Shown here piece by piece: positions 10,392 to 19,804 of a stretch of 39,762 nucleotides of DNA. Within the stretch, counting starts at the first letter, position 1. Each line of letters starts with the position of its first letter. Made by a program: the position numbers and the translations under genes. Location of the stretch: contig CAIOLF010000051.1 of the NCBI GenBank assembly GCA_903859075.1, positions 1-39,762 on the forward strand. The letters are read 5' to 3'. The notes beneath the pieces were generated by a model. It was given only the letters and a program-made list of their open reading frames with translations. It had not been told where the DNA came from and did not search any database. This DNA comes from Candidatus Buchananbacteria bacterium. GTDB lineage: Bacteria; Patescibacteriota; Patescibacteriia; 2-01-FULL-39-33.

Positions 10392-10799
10392 TCAAATTTT
10401 AGATTTTATTTTTTTCAATACTTCCTCCGCTTCCCCCTCGTCATAACTCCGCCCGTGCCACAGCTCCCGGCCATCACCGGCAAGGCGCGGCACGATATGC
10501 CAGTGTACGTGATTAACCACCTGTCCTGATACTACCCCATTATTGAGTTCGAGATTAAAGCCGTCCGCTCCGACTCCCGCCAAAACCGCGGGAGTAATTT
10601 TTTTTATAATACTGATTAATTTAGAAGCCTCCGTTTCCGGCAAATCCAGCAGATTATTATAATGCTTTTTAGGAACCACTAAAGTATGACCGGGATTAAC
10701 CGGGGTAACATCCAAAAAAGCCAAGACATCATCATCTTCATATACTTTATAAGTGGAAATTTCACCGGCGATAATTTTACAAAAGATGCAGTCAGACAT
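10392..10799 (-). CDS. HIT family nucleotide hydrolase
   Basis: DCIFCKI, GHTLVVPKKH, HVHWHIVPR. Confidence 0.95.
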   Translation of the reverse strand: MSDCIFCKIIAGEISTYKVYEDDDVLAFLDVTPVNPGHTLVVPKKHYNNLLDLPETEASKLISIIKKITPAVLAGVGADGFNLELNNGVVSGQVVNHVHWHIVPRLAGDGRELWHGRSYDEGEAEEVLKKIKSKI

Positions 10800-10881
10800 A
10801 GTTTTATAAATTAAAAATTAATTTGATAGTCTATAAAGTCAAAAGTCCTTAAAGTCGTAAAGTCAATAAATAAAATTATAA

Positions 10882-12867
10882 TTATTTTTTCCAAATCAGA
10901 TAGTCGGAAGAAACAATAATTTGCAAACTCTGATTAAGCTGGCCAATAAAATTATTCGGCATACTGGCCGAAGCATCTTTTCTTACAGCAAAAATACAAT
11001 GCTGTTTTTGCGATACCTCTAATGCTTCACTAATAACTGAATTATCGCCGCTGATTAATTTTTGATACAATTGCGGCCGCGCGGCATCAACATAATTTTC
11101 CTGCAGGGGGAAATTGCCATTGACTACTTCCTTGGCGGAGAGCGACTCCAGCGGCAGCAGCAACTCAATATCGCCCAGCACGCAATGATTATTATAATCG
11201 CCTAGAATTTCCTGCCAGACCAGCCGTGCTGCCTGCCAGTCGGCACTATTTACCGAAACTGACAAAACCGGGCCGGAACGGTAAACCAGCACCCCGAGCG
11301 AACAAACGATGATCAATATCAGCGCTAAGGCCAGCCCCTTCATTTTCTTCAGATTATAGACAATCCCCCAAACAACAATCAGCGGCAGTAGCAGAGCGGC
11401 GAAGACCGTCAGCCGGCGCGCCAAGTTTAAGTTGCCGCCGATAAAGATCCAAGACAACGCGTAATTAGCCATGATAATAATGAAAAGCCAGGCGATAAAA
11501 TTCATCAGGCGGTTTTTACAGCGAAAAACATTGATAAGAATCGCCGCTAAAATAAAAATAAAAAACAAGCTCAAAGCCAAAAATTTATAAGTAGATATGT
11601 AAGGCAGATTGCGGCCGGCTTCAAAAAATAGCAGATTGCCGTCGCGCCACCAAGACCACAGGCCGTTAAAAATCAAATGACCGCCAGATAAAATAAACTC
11701 CAAAACAAATATGGAAATAGCGAGTAAAAAAATAATTAAATATTTCAACGCCGGCTTCAATTTGAAAGCTAGGGCCAGTACCAGCGCCATAACTGACAAA
11801 ATGAATGCCAAGCTGTAATTAAAATACATCAGAATGGCAAAAAGAATCAGCGATGGATAATATTTCTTAGTAGCCGGATTTTTGACCGCGGCCGCCGCAA
11901 AAATCAAGAAGTAACTCCACCACAGCGCGCCGTAACCGACCGGAAGACCTTGCGCGCCATAATACTGCAACAGATAAAAAAATCCGGCGAAGGCCGCGGA
12001 AAAAAGAATAAACAAACGATTAGGCCAAATCAGAGCGGCCAGCGCGGCGATAATCAGCGGCAGGAGAATTGACCATAAAATCGGCAACAATAATTTATTG
12101 ATGGAAAACACGCTAACGCCGGTCACCTTGCTGGCGATTATTTCGAGCGACCACTGCAAGCCGTAAGAAATTTTGCCCGGGTCAATTAAAGCGCGCGGAA
12201 TTTTTAATCCTAAAATCTCACTTTGCCATAAATCTTTTGTCAGCAGCGTCGGCTGATATTCCATGCCCGCCGTAATGCGATTTTCCGAAGCCAAGTGCCG
12301 CCACCTGTCGCCACCAAAGCCATTTTCATAAACCAATAAATAAGAATGAACAAGCAATGAGGACAAGACAATCATAATTAGCACGCTGGTAATTTTAGCT
12401 CGGGAAAAAACCGCCAGCACCAGCAATAGCAGTACGCCAAAAATTACTGGCAAATACCAAACAGTGATTGCCTGCCAAGGGCTGAGCAAGCTGCCGCCGC
12501 TTAAAGAAACAAAAAGCAGCCAGCCACCGGCTATAATTAAAATTATAAAAAGAGCAGTCAAAATTTTCGGCCACTGCCAGCGGCCATCAGCTTCAATCAT
12601 TCCGGCTGCCGGCGCTTGTTTTTTTCTAACAATTAAATGCCACCCGATCAGAATCAGCAGAACCGTCAAAAAAGCAACAATTATTGCCGGGTCATCAAGC
12701 TTCAGCCAGGAGGCAAAGATATTAGCGATCAGCCCCAATAAAAAAATCGGCAAAAAAATACCCAGCGGCAAAATTAATCTTTTGTCCAAGGGTAGGATTT
12801 TAAAGAGGATTTTGTTGCCCAGCCAGGAGGAAATTGCCAGCCAGATTATGAATAATAATAGTAACAT
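10882..12867 (-). CDS. Polytopic membrane protein, possibly a GT-C-type glycosyltransferase
   Basis: More than 12 hydrophobic segments; GGDRWRH loop resembles the acidic DxxxH loop of GT-C enzymes (inference). Confidence 0.55.
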   Translation of the reverse strand: MLLLLFIIWLAISSWLGNKILFKILPLDKRLILPLGIFLPIFLLGLIANIFASWLKLDDPAIIVAFLTVLLILIGWHLIVRKKQAPAAGMIEADGRWQWPKILTALFIILIIAGGWLLFVSLSGGSLLSPWQAITVWYLPVIFGVLLLLVLAVFSRAKITSVLIMIVLSSLLVHSYLLVYENGFGGDRWRHLASENRITAGMEYQPTLLTKDLWQSEILGLKIPRALIDPGKISYGLQWSLEIIASKVTGVSVFSINKLLLPILWSILLPLIIAALAALIWPNRLFILFSAAFAGFFYLLQYYGAQGLPVGYGALWWSYFLIFAAAAVKNPATKKYYPSLILFAILMYFNYSLAFILSVMALVLALAFKLKPALKYLIIFLLAISIFVLEFILSGGHLIFNGLWSWWRDGNLLFFEAGRNLPYISTYKFLALSLFFIFILAAILINVFRCKNRLMNFIAWLFIIIMANYALSWIFIGGNLNLARRLTVFAALLLPLIVVWGIVYNLKKMKGLALALILIIVCSLGVLVYRSGPVLSVSVNSADWQAARLVWQEILGDYNNHCVLGDIELLLPLESLSAKEVVNGNFPLQENYVDAARPQLYQKLISGDNSVISEALEVSQKQHCIFAVRKDASASMPNNFIGQLNQSLQIIVSSDYLIWKK

Positions 12868-12937
12868 TTTGTTATTAGGATATTAAGATATTATGATATT
12901 AAATATCCTAAACATTATAATATCTTAAATTAAAATT

Positions 12938-13813
12938 TTAAATATTGAATAACTTCCGCGCGTTAGCCGTAGTTGCCTCCGCTACTTCTTCTAAAGGAAG
13001 TCCTTTCAGTTCAGCGACTTTCTGCGCCACCAGTCGCACATAAGCCGGCTCATTTCGCTGGCCACGATACGGTTCAGGCGTAAGAAATGGCGCGTCAGTT
13101 TCAACTAAAATACGTGAGAGTGGCATGACTTTGACAATTTCCTGAATCCACTCAACCTTTTTCTTGAAAGTTATAATTCCGTTATGGCCAATATAAAAAC
13201 CGAGTTCCATAAATCGCTCCGCTTGTCGCAGCGACCCGGTAAAGCCATGCACCACGCCACGCAGCGGCCCCGCGGCAACAACAGATTGCTCCATAATAGC
13301 AATCGCGTCTTGATAGGCTATAAATTTATCTTCCTTGGTGCCTCGGAAGTGCAGCACCAGCGGCAAGGACAGCTCACGCGACATTTTAATAAACTGACCA
13401 AACACTTCTTGCTGTACCTCCTTAGCCTGGGCGATCTGTTCTGGCGTGAACTGATCAAAATAATAATAATCCAAACCGGTCTCCCCTAGTCCGACAACTT
13501 TGGCCGAGGATTTGGCCAGTTCTAAATATCCGTGATAATCAAAAATTTCTTGCTTGGTGGTAAATTCGTAAGTCTCACCTTCAAAAGTAGCGCTCTCAGT
13601 CACGTCTTGCACTAGATGGATGGGATGCAGGCCGACCACGGCGTAAACGCCGACTGGATATTTGTCAGCGATTTTTACCGTGCGCTCAGAAGTAGACTTC
13701 TGCGCCCCTACATTTACCAGCCAGACGTTGGCACTGAGCGCGCGGCGAATCACGTCGTCTCCATCATCTTTGAAAGCTGCGAAATTTATATGGCAATGGG
13801 AATCAATCAACAT
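12938..13813 (-). CDS. tatD: TatD-family DNase
   Basis: DSHCH, GLHP, GETGLDY, ETDAPFL, RNEP. Confidence 0.95.
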   Translation of the reverse strand: MLIDSHCHINFAAFKDDGDDVIRRALSANVWLVNVGAQKSTSERTVKIADKYPVGVYAVVGLHPIHLVQDVTESATFEGETYEFTTKQEIFDYHGYLELAKSSAKVVGLGETGLDYYYFDQFTPEQIAQAKEVQQEVFGQFIKMSRELSLPLVLHFRGTKEDKFIAYQDAIAIMEQSVVAAGPLRGVVHGFTGSLRQAERFMELGFYIGHNGIITFKKKVEWIQEIVKVMPLSRILVETDAPFLTPEPYRGQRNEPAYVRLVAQKVAELKGLPLEEVAEATTANARKLFNI

Positions 13814-13864
13814 ATAAACTAGTTTTTAGGTTTTAGCTTATAGCTGTTAGCTTTTAATCATTAA

Positions 13865-14386
13865 TTACAACTTGCTAGAGATAGCATGGATGACGACAGT
13901 GGCAGCGTCTTTAATATAACCGGCGGTAAAAGCCAGCCAATGGGCTACCGCTGATCCTGACAGATTATCTTTGATCCAGCCGAGTTCGCCGAAATAACCG
14001 AATAAGAACCCCAGAATAAGGCCACACACGAGTATGCCTTCAATCAAGCCCAGAATAGATCCTCCCAACCGGTTGATGGATTTAAGGAACGGAATGATGG
14101 AAATGATCTTGAACGCCTTTTCAATAAGCCAAAAACCCAAGCCAACCAAACGGTTAGCTAAAACAAAAATCAGAATAAAAGCGATGATGTGCGCCCAGAT
14201 GTTATGCCCCAGCAGTAGCGGCGTCAGCCAGTCGCCGAAGGCATTGTAATAGCGCATGGCCGCCCAAAAACCGGCCGCTAAGCCGATTAAAGCGCCGATG
14301 CCTTGGATCAGGCCCATGACAAATCCGGAGACAGCAAAGACAATAACAATGCCGATGAGAATTATGTCTACAAAAGTGAAAGACAT
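13865..14386 (-). CDS. cvpA: CvpA-family membrane protein
   Basis: VDIIL...SGFVMGLI, NRLGGSILGLIEG. Confidence 0.85.
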   Translation of the reverse strand: MSFTFVDIILIGIVIVFAVSGFVMGLIQGIGALIGLAAGFWAAMRYYNAFGDWLTPLLLGHNIWAHIIAFILIFVLANRLVGLGFWLIEKAFKIISIIPFLKSINRLGGSILGLIEGILVCGLILGFLFGYFGELGWIKDNLSGSAVAHWLAFTAGYIKDAATVVIHAISSKL

Positions 14387-14460
14387 ATTTTTATTAATTA
14401 AGAATTATGGATTAAGAATTAATAATTCAAAATAATTAATTTAATATGATTAAGGCGAAA

Positions 14461-15966
14461 TTATTGGATGCGCGGGAAGAGAGCTTCGCTTTTATTTATT
14501 TTATCACCCGGATTAAGCAATCCCCAATGATTAAGGTCGGATAAATGATAATTGGTGAAATCCGCCTTGCCAACGGTGTTGAGTATTTTTACCGAGGTTT
14601 CAGGCATAATCGGATAAACCATCAGTCCCAGATGCCTGATCAACTCCGATAGATTATAAATCACTTTGGCCAACTTGGCCCGATCGGTCTTGGCTAATTC
14701 CCAGGGCTTATTTTTGTCAATGTAGCCGTCAGCCAGCGTGACTGTCTTTTTTATTCCCTCAATCGCTTTATCGATCTGAAAATTTGCCAGGCCTTCCTGA
14801 TATGATTGCCAAATGGCGGCTACCGGCTCTTTCAATTCATCATCTTGCTCCGGCACGGCGCCGCCGAAATACTTTTCCGCCATCGCCGTCACGCGGCTGA
14901 CCAGATTGCCGATGCCGTTGGCCAGATCGGAATTATATTGCAAGACGAAATTTTCCGCCTTAATGTCGCCATCGGCGCCGAAAGGAAATTGGCAGAGCAG
15001 CAGATAGCGGGCCGGATCGGAACCGAATTGACTGACCAATTCGTTGGGATCGATGATGTTGCCGATTGTCTTGCTCATTTTTTGGCCGTCAATAGTGAAA
15101 TAACCGGTGATAAAAATATTTTTCGGCACTTCTATATCGGCGGCGATAAGCATTGCGGGCCAATAGACGCAATGAAATTTCAAAATATCCTTACCAATAA
15201 TATGCAAATCAGCCGGCCAGAACTTCTTGAAAGCAACATCATCAGCTTGGCCATAGCCCAGAGCCGTAATATAATTCGACAACGCGTCCACCCAGACATA
15301 AATAACTTGGCTAACGTCAAAGGGCACGGGAATGCCCCATTTGACATGTTCGCGAGAAACAGAAAAATCATTCAGCTCTTGTTTAAACAATCCCATCACT
15401 TCTCTGCGCCTTGATTCCGGATGGACTTTAATTTTTCCTTCATCGATCAGTTTCTCCACCTGCGGCAAATAATTCGACAATTTAAAAAAATAATTCTTTT
15501 CTTTGATTAACTCCGGTTTCTTTTTGTGATCCGGGCATTCGCCGCTGACTAAATCTTTTTCGGTAATGAATTTCTCGCAGCCGCTGCAATAAAGCCCCTC
15601 ATATTCGCTCTCATAAATCGCCCCGACCTCTTTGAGACGGTTCAAAATAAAAGCCACGCCCTGCTTGTGCCGCTCTTCGGTGGTCCGAATAAAATCATTA
15701 TTGGAAATATCGAGCCGATCCCAAACCATCTGGAAATGGCCGGAAGTAATGTCACAAAATTCCTGCGGTGTCTGTCCGGCTTTTGCCGCTGATTCCGCCA
15801 CCTTAGAACCATGCTCGTCCGTGCCGGTCAAAAAATGCACTTCATGGCCGAGGAAACGATGGTATCTTGCCAAGACATCGGCGGATATCGTCGCATAGGC
15901 ATGCCCGATATGCGGCTTGTCATTAACGTAATAGATCGGAGTGGTAACATAAAATTTATTATGCAT
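14461..15966 (-). CDS. metG: Methionine-tRNA ligase (short form, no C-terminal tRNA-binding domain)
   Basis: HIGH, GTDEHG, YVWVDAL, KMSKT. Confidence 0.97.
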   Translation of the reverse strand: MHNKFYVTTPIYYVNDKPHIGHAYATISADVLARYHRFLGHEVHFLTGTDEHGSKVAESAAKAGQTPQEFCDITSGHFQMVWDRLDISNNDFIRTTEERHKQGVAFILNRLKEVGAIYESEYEGLYCSGCEKFITEKDLVSGECPDHKKKPELIKEKNYFFKLSNYLPQVEKLIDEGKIKVHPESRRREVMGLFKQELNDFSVSREHVKWGIPVPFDVSQVIYVWVDALSNYITALGYGQADDVAFKKFWPADLHIIGKDILKFHCVYWPAMLIAADIEVPKNIFITGYFTIDGQKMSKTIGNIIDPNELVSQFGSDPARYLLLCQFPFGADGDIKAENFVLQYNSDLANGIGNLVSRVTAMAEKYFGGAVPEQDDELKEPVAAIWQSYQEGLANFQIDKAIEGIKKTVTLADGYIDKNKPWELAKTDRAKLAKVIYNLSELIRHLGLMVYPIMPETSVKILNTVGKADFTNYHLSDLNHWGLLNPGDKINKSEALFPRIQ

Positions 15967-15987
15967 AAATTAAATTTGATTTAATAT

Positions 15988-16665
15988 TTAACTGATAATA
16001 ACCGTGAATTCTCCTTTGCTATTATCATTTTTTAATAATTCAATTACTTGGCTGATGTCGCCGCGGTAAACTGATTCAAATTTTTTGGTCAATTCGCGGC
16101 AGACCATTATTTTCTTCTTTGCCCCCGGGGGCATAGATTCTTTGATTTTTTGGAGTGTTTTCATAATGCGATGCGTTGATTCATAGAAAACCGAGGTTAT
16201 TTCGCTCGCGATAATCTTCTTGACGATCGTCTCTTTGCCTTTTTTATGCGGCAGGAACCCCCAGAATATGAATTTATCAGTCGGCAAACCGGAAATAGAC
16301 AAGGCTGTCGCCAAAGCCGAGGCGCCGGGAACAGGCACGATTTCCACTTGATCTTTTAATTTGGTTACCAGCTCGGCTATCAGCTGATTGCCCGGATCGG
16401 CAATACCGGGCGTGCCGGCATCGGTAATCAGCGCCAGATCGCCCTCGTTTTTTAAATATTTAATCAGCCAGTCAACTTTACCGGCATCGCTATGCTGATG
16501 ATAAGAGACAAGTTTGGCCTTGATCTGATAATGCGCTAGCAATTTACTGGATACCCGGGTATCCTCGCAAGCGATTAGCGGCACCGCGCCCAATATTTCC
16601 AGGGCTCTAAAAGTAATGTCGCCCAAGTTTCCGATGGGCGTAGCAACCACATAAAGCTTATTCAT
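15988..16665 (-). CDS. rsmI: 16S rRNA C1402 2'-O-methyltransferase
   Basis: LYVVATPIGNLGDITFRA, CEDTR, DAGTPGIADPG, RELTKKFE. Confidence 0.96.
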   Translation of the reverse strand: MNKLYVVATPIGNLGDITFRALEILGAVPLIACEDTRVSSKLLAHYQIKAKLVSYHQHSDAGKVDWLIKYLKNEGDLALITDAGTPGIADPGNQLIAELVTKLKDQVEIVPVPGASALATALSISGLPTDKFIFWGFLPHKKGKETIVKKIIASEITSVFYESTHRIMKTLQKIKESMPPGAKKKIMVCRELTKKFESVYRGDISQVIELLKNDNSKGEFTVIIS

Positions 16666-16719
16666 AGTATTTATACCATAACAAAGTTAAGCCAAAAAAT
16701 CAACTTTTTTCAGCCAACA

Positions 16720-16746
16720 AAAGACCCCGCTGCTAGCGAGGTCTTT
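16720..16746 (-). terminator. Terminator hairpin
   Basis: AAAGACCCCGC/GCGAGGTCTTT stem just past the stop of 16760..17647. Confidence 0.6.
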
Positions 16747-16759
16747 AAATTAAAATCGT

Positions 16760-17647
16760 TTATTTAGCGGCTGGCGTGGTGGTTGCCGGCGCCGGCTTAA
16801 CTAACTTATCTTTTGCCAAATCAAAGTATGGCCCGCCCATAACATCCAAACTGGTAAAGATATACGTCCCATCGCTGGCTACCGTACCGACAGTGGCCCA
16901 GACGCTCTTTAAGCTCTGATACTGCTCCGGCTGTCCGCTGATGATAATCGTCGGCACCTTGGTGATATCGTATTGCTTGAGCAAAGCCCGGCCTTCATCC
17001 GAACTAATATCAACTGTCTTAGTATTTTTGAGCGACACGCCAAAATTAGTCAGGGAGGTTTCGTGCAGTTTAACATCATAGCAATCTTTGCAGGCAGTGT
17101 CGGTAATATAGGTAATCGCCACTTCACCCTTAAGCTGTCCGGAGGCGATATCGACAAACGGCGGGATTACTTGGCGCAAAACGAAGGTCTTATCAATGGT
17201 CTCTCCTAAAGAGGTGAAGAAACTCTTGAGCTGCGCGTCTTTATCAAGATCGCCGGTTACTAAAATAGTCGGCACCTGGGTGATTTTGAATTGTTCCGCC
17301 AACTTTTTACCGGCGGCGTCTTCAATATAAACGGTGGTTCTGCCCTTTTCCTTGACTCCGCCCTGTTTGAGGACGTCAAAAAATAGATTGGTGTCCCAGC
17401 ATTTGTCGCCGCAAGATTTGGAGGTGACGATGGTGTATTTGAGCTGGGCATTAATGGTTGTCTGACCGGCGGGATTTTTGACTGCCTTTTTACCAAACAT
17501 CTGGCCGCCGAAAATAACTACTAATGCTACGACTAGAATGATTACGGCGATGACTATGCCGATAATCAATCCTTTGCCAAAAGTGCTCTTTTTGGCCTCT
17601 TGCTCCTCTTCCTTCTTGGCGAAGAGCTTGCCAAATAATTTAGCCAT
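16760..17647 (-). CDS. Membrane-anchored protein with two tandem thioredoxin-like domains
   Basis: TM helix, then CGDKCWD...FKITQVPTILV and CKDCYD...YDITKVPTIII. Confidence 0.6.
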   Translation of the reverse strand: MAKLFGKLFAKKEEEQEAKKSTFGKGLIIGIVIAVIILVVALVVIFGGQMFGKKAVKNPAGQTTINAQLKYTIVTSKSCGDKCWDTNLFFDVLKQGGVKEKGRTTVYIEDAAGKKLAEQFKITQVPTILVTGDLDKDAQLKSFFTSLGETIDKTFVLRQVIPPFVDIASGQLKGEVAITYITDTACKDCYDVKLHETSLTNFGVSLKNTKTVDISSDEGRALLKQYDITKVPTIIISGQPEQYQSLKSVWATVGTVASDGTYIFTSLDVMGGPYFDLAKDKLVKPAPATTTPAAK

Positions 17648-17703
17648 AAGGTTAATTTTAGTTAATTGTTAATCGCTAATATATTTTACACCAAACACAA
17701 AAA

Positions 17704-18450
17704 TTATTCAAATAAAATTTTCATATAGTACATAAAAACCAGGGCTAAGACAAATAATAGCAAAGAAATCACCGACCGAACCAAATTTCTGTCTTTATGT
17801 ATTTCCGGCACCAAATCAGTAGCGGCGATGTACAACAGTCCGCCGGCGGCAAAAGGCAAAAGGAACATCTCCAGTGAATTATTCCAGCCATATAGCGCTT
17901 GGGCGATAAAAACTCCGGCCAAGGCCATTAACTGGCAGATAAAGTTTATAATCAGCGACTTTTTACGGCTAAAGCCGGAATAGACAAAAACGCCCAGGTC
18001 TCCCAGCTCATGCGGCACTTCGTGCAAGAGGATGGAAACAGCTACCGGAAATCCCAGCGCCGGCCCGGCGGCAAAAGCCCCAAAAATAATCATGCCGTCA
18101 ATCATGTTATGGATGCTGTTGCCGATGAAGTTTATCCAGCCGATATGCTTGTGCGTCTCGCAGTCGTCCTCGTGGCAATGGCGCCAGCGCAGATATTTTT
18201 CCAAGATAAAAAAAGCCAAAAATCCGACAATGACGTAAATGAAAGTCGTAAGCGGCGCTAATCCTTGATTTAGGACCTCCGGCAATAAATGAAACATTGA
18301 AGCGCCAATCATTGTTCCGGCGGCAAAAGCAATGGTATAAAACAAAATCCGATGCAATAGCTTTTCTTTGATAAAAAAGCCGAACGCGCCGACAAACGAC
18401 AGCAAACTAATGACGATGACGGCTAAGATTGACCAGAGAAGATTAGACAT
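17704..18450 (-). CDS. ZIP-family metal transporter
   Basis: AFAAG, HLLPE, HCHEDDCETHKH loop, HNMIDG, HEVPHELGD. Start at ATG 18450; the longer ORF runs into tRNA-Val. Confidence 0.93.
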   Translation of the reverse strand: MSNLLWSILAVIVISLLSFVGAFGFFIKEKLLHRILFYTIAFAAGTMIGASMFHLLPEVLNQGLAPLTTFIYVIVGFLAFFILEKYLRWRHCHEDDCETHKHIGWINFIGNSIHNMIDGMIIFGAFAAGPALGFPVAVSILLHEVPHELGDLGVFVYSGFSRKKSLIINFICQLMALAGVFIAQALYGWNNSLEMFLLPFAAGGLLYIAATDLVPEIHKDRNLVRSVISLLLFVLALVFMYYMKILFE

Positions 18451-18460
18451 AAGATAATTT

Positions 18461-18537
18461 TGGTGGACACAATAGGATTCGAACCTACGACCTTTCGAAT
18501 GTGAATCGAACGCTCTAACCAACTGAGCTATGTGTCC
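18461..18537 (-). tRNA. tRNA-Val(CAC)
   Basis: GGACACA acceptor stem, TTCGA-TTCACAT-TCGAA anticodon arm, GGTTCGAATCC, encoded CCA. Confidence 0.96.
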
Positions 18538-18548
18538 ATAGCACTCGG

Positions 18549-18619
18549 TGGACCTAGGCGGAATCGAACCGCCGTCTCAGCAATGCGAATGCCGTGTTCT
18601 ACCGCTGAACCATAGGCCC
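18549..18619 (-). tRNA. tRNA-Ala(CGC), CCA not fully encoded
   Basis: GGGCCTA/TAGGTCC stem with G3:U70, CGGCA-TTCGCAT-TGCTG arm, GGTTCGATTCC; followed by CCG. Confidence 0.94.
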
Positions 18620-18667
18620 GAATTACAGCTGTTATTTTGTCACTTTTTTACATTTTTGTCAAAAAAA

Positions 18668-18696
18668 GTAGAGACGTGGCATCGCCACGTCTCTAC
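18668..18696. repeat. GTAG-type REP-like palindrome, probably also the terminator of the SIMPL gene
   Basis: GTAGAGACGTGGC-ATC-GCCACGTCTCTAC, perfect 13-bp arms. Confidence 0.7.
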
Positions 18697-18709
18697 AAAA
18701 AAATCAAAT

Positions 18710-19510
18710 CTATTTAATCTGATAATTCATGCTCTCCTCAATAATAATCTCCTGACTGCCGGTCGGGATGGTCGGTGAGACCGCCGTGCCGGCGCCTCCG
18801 CCCATGCCGCCTTTGCCGTCATAATAAGGAGTATTGATTCCCGGCGCTTGGACGATATTTTCCCACCAGCCGACTACTTTTTTCAGCTTGACTCCGGCGG
18901 CTCCGGCCAGCGACTGCGCTTTGCCCTGGGCATCAGCCATGGCCTTGACTCTGGCCTGCTGTTTAAGATCTTCGAGATTAGACGGCTCAAAAGAGATCCC
19001 TAAGACCTGATTAGCGCCTGCTTTGCTGGCCTCAGCTATCACTTTATTAAGGCGCTCCTTATTGTTAACAACGTCAGTAACCTTTACGAGTACCTGCTCA
19101 TTGGCATTATAACCGGAAACCACGGAAGTGCCGCTTCCGCCGTTAATGCTGTTGATATAATCGTACTGCGTGTAGAGCGAATAATTTTGCGTAGTAATAT
19201 CCGCATCGGCGATGCCAACGGCTTTGATGGCGGCTACCACCTTGGCGATTTTGCCATTAAGCTGGCTGAGCGCGTCGTCCGCTTTGGCTACCTTATCAAT
19301 TTGCACGCCGAGCGCTACCTTGGCGACATCCGGGGAATAAGCGATCTTGGCTTGCCCGGTAACTGAGACCGTCCATTGCGGATAATTGACGATCCGGTCT
19401 CTGATAATAGAGATAATGCAAATGGCGGCGATGGCAGCAATCAGAATGATTATCACGGCGATTTTTCCGCCATGGCCATGGCAACACTTGGCTTCCTGTT
19501 GGTTATCCAT
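18710..19510 (-). CDS. SIMPL (DUF541) domain protein
   Basis: VSVTGQAKIAYSPD, DITTQNYSL, AGANQV, ARVKAMADAQGKAQSLA. Confidence 0.9.
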   Translation of the reverse strand: MDNQQEAKCCHGHGGKIAVIIILIAAIAAICIISIIRDRIVNYPQWTVSVTGQAKIAYSPDVAKVALGVQIDKVAKADDALSQLNGKIAKVVAAIKAVGIADADITTQNYSLYTQYDYINSINGGSGTSVVSGYNANEQVLVKVTDVVNNKERLNKVIAEASKAGANQVLGISFEPSNLEDLKQQARVKAMADAQGKAQSLAGAAGVKLKKVVGWWENIVQAPGINTPYYDGKGGMGGGAGTAVSPTIPTGSQEIIIEESMNYQIK

Positions 19511-19621
19511 ATAATTAAAGGTTATGCGGCGTTTATTACGCCTTGGTATTAATAATGATAATCTTTATTCTTAATAATGGCAATAGTCCTGGCGATCGGT
19601 TCTTTTTTAATAAAAATAAAA

Positions 19622-19643
19622 AGCGCCCCAATATTGGGACGCT
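19622..19643 (-). terminator. Terminator of the small basic ORF
   Basis: Minus strand AGCGTCCCAA-TA-TTGGGGCGCT then TTTT. Confidence 0.65.
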
Positions 19644-19649
19644 AAAAAA

Positions 19650-19727
19650 TTATTTTTTCTTCTTGGGGGCCTTTTTAGCCGGTTTTTTGACCGTCTTCTT
19701 GGCGCCGCAACCGCAACCGCAAGCCAT
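19650..19727 (-). CDS. 25-aa Cys-motif, Lys-rich small protein (MACGCGCGAKKTVKKPAKKAPKKKK)
   Basis: ATG 19727 to TAA 19650; own terminator; a TATAAT lies upstream on the minus strand; AT-rich leader like host genes. Below the ORF-track cutoff. Confidence 0.7.
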   Translation of the reverse strand: MACGCGCGAKKTVKKPAKKAPKKKK

Positions 19728-19804
19728 ATTGTTTTAATTATTAATAATATCTTAATTATAGCACTTTTAGAAAAAATAAAAAGGGCTTTATGTAAATTGA
19801 TAGA

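Noticed and set aside
18451-18522. N-terminal extension of the ZIP ORF
   Set aside because: It is a translation of tRNA-Val; the real start is ATG 18450.
18548-18778. 76-aa plus-strand ORF
   Set aside because: Antisense to tRNA-Ala and spans the REP palindrome.
19543-19737. 64-aa plus-strand ORF
   Set aside because: Shadow of the minus-strand Lys-rich peptide and its terminator.
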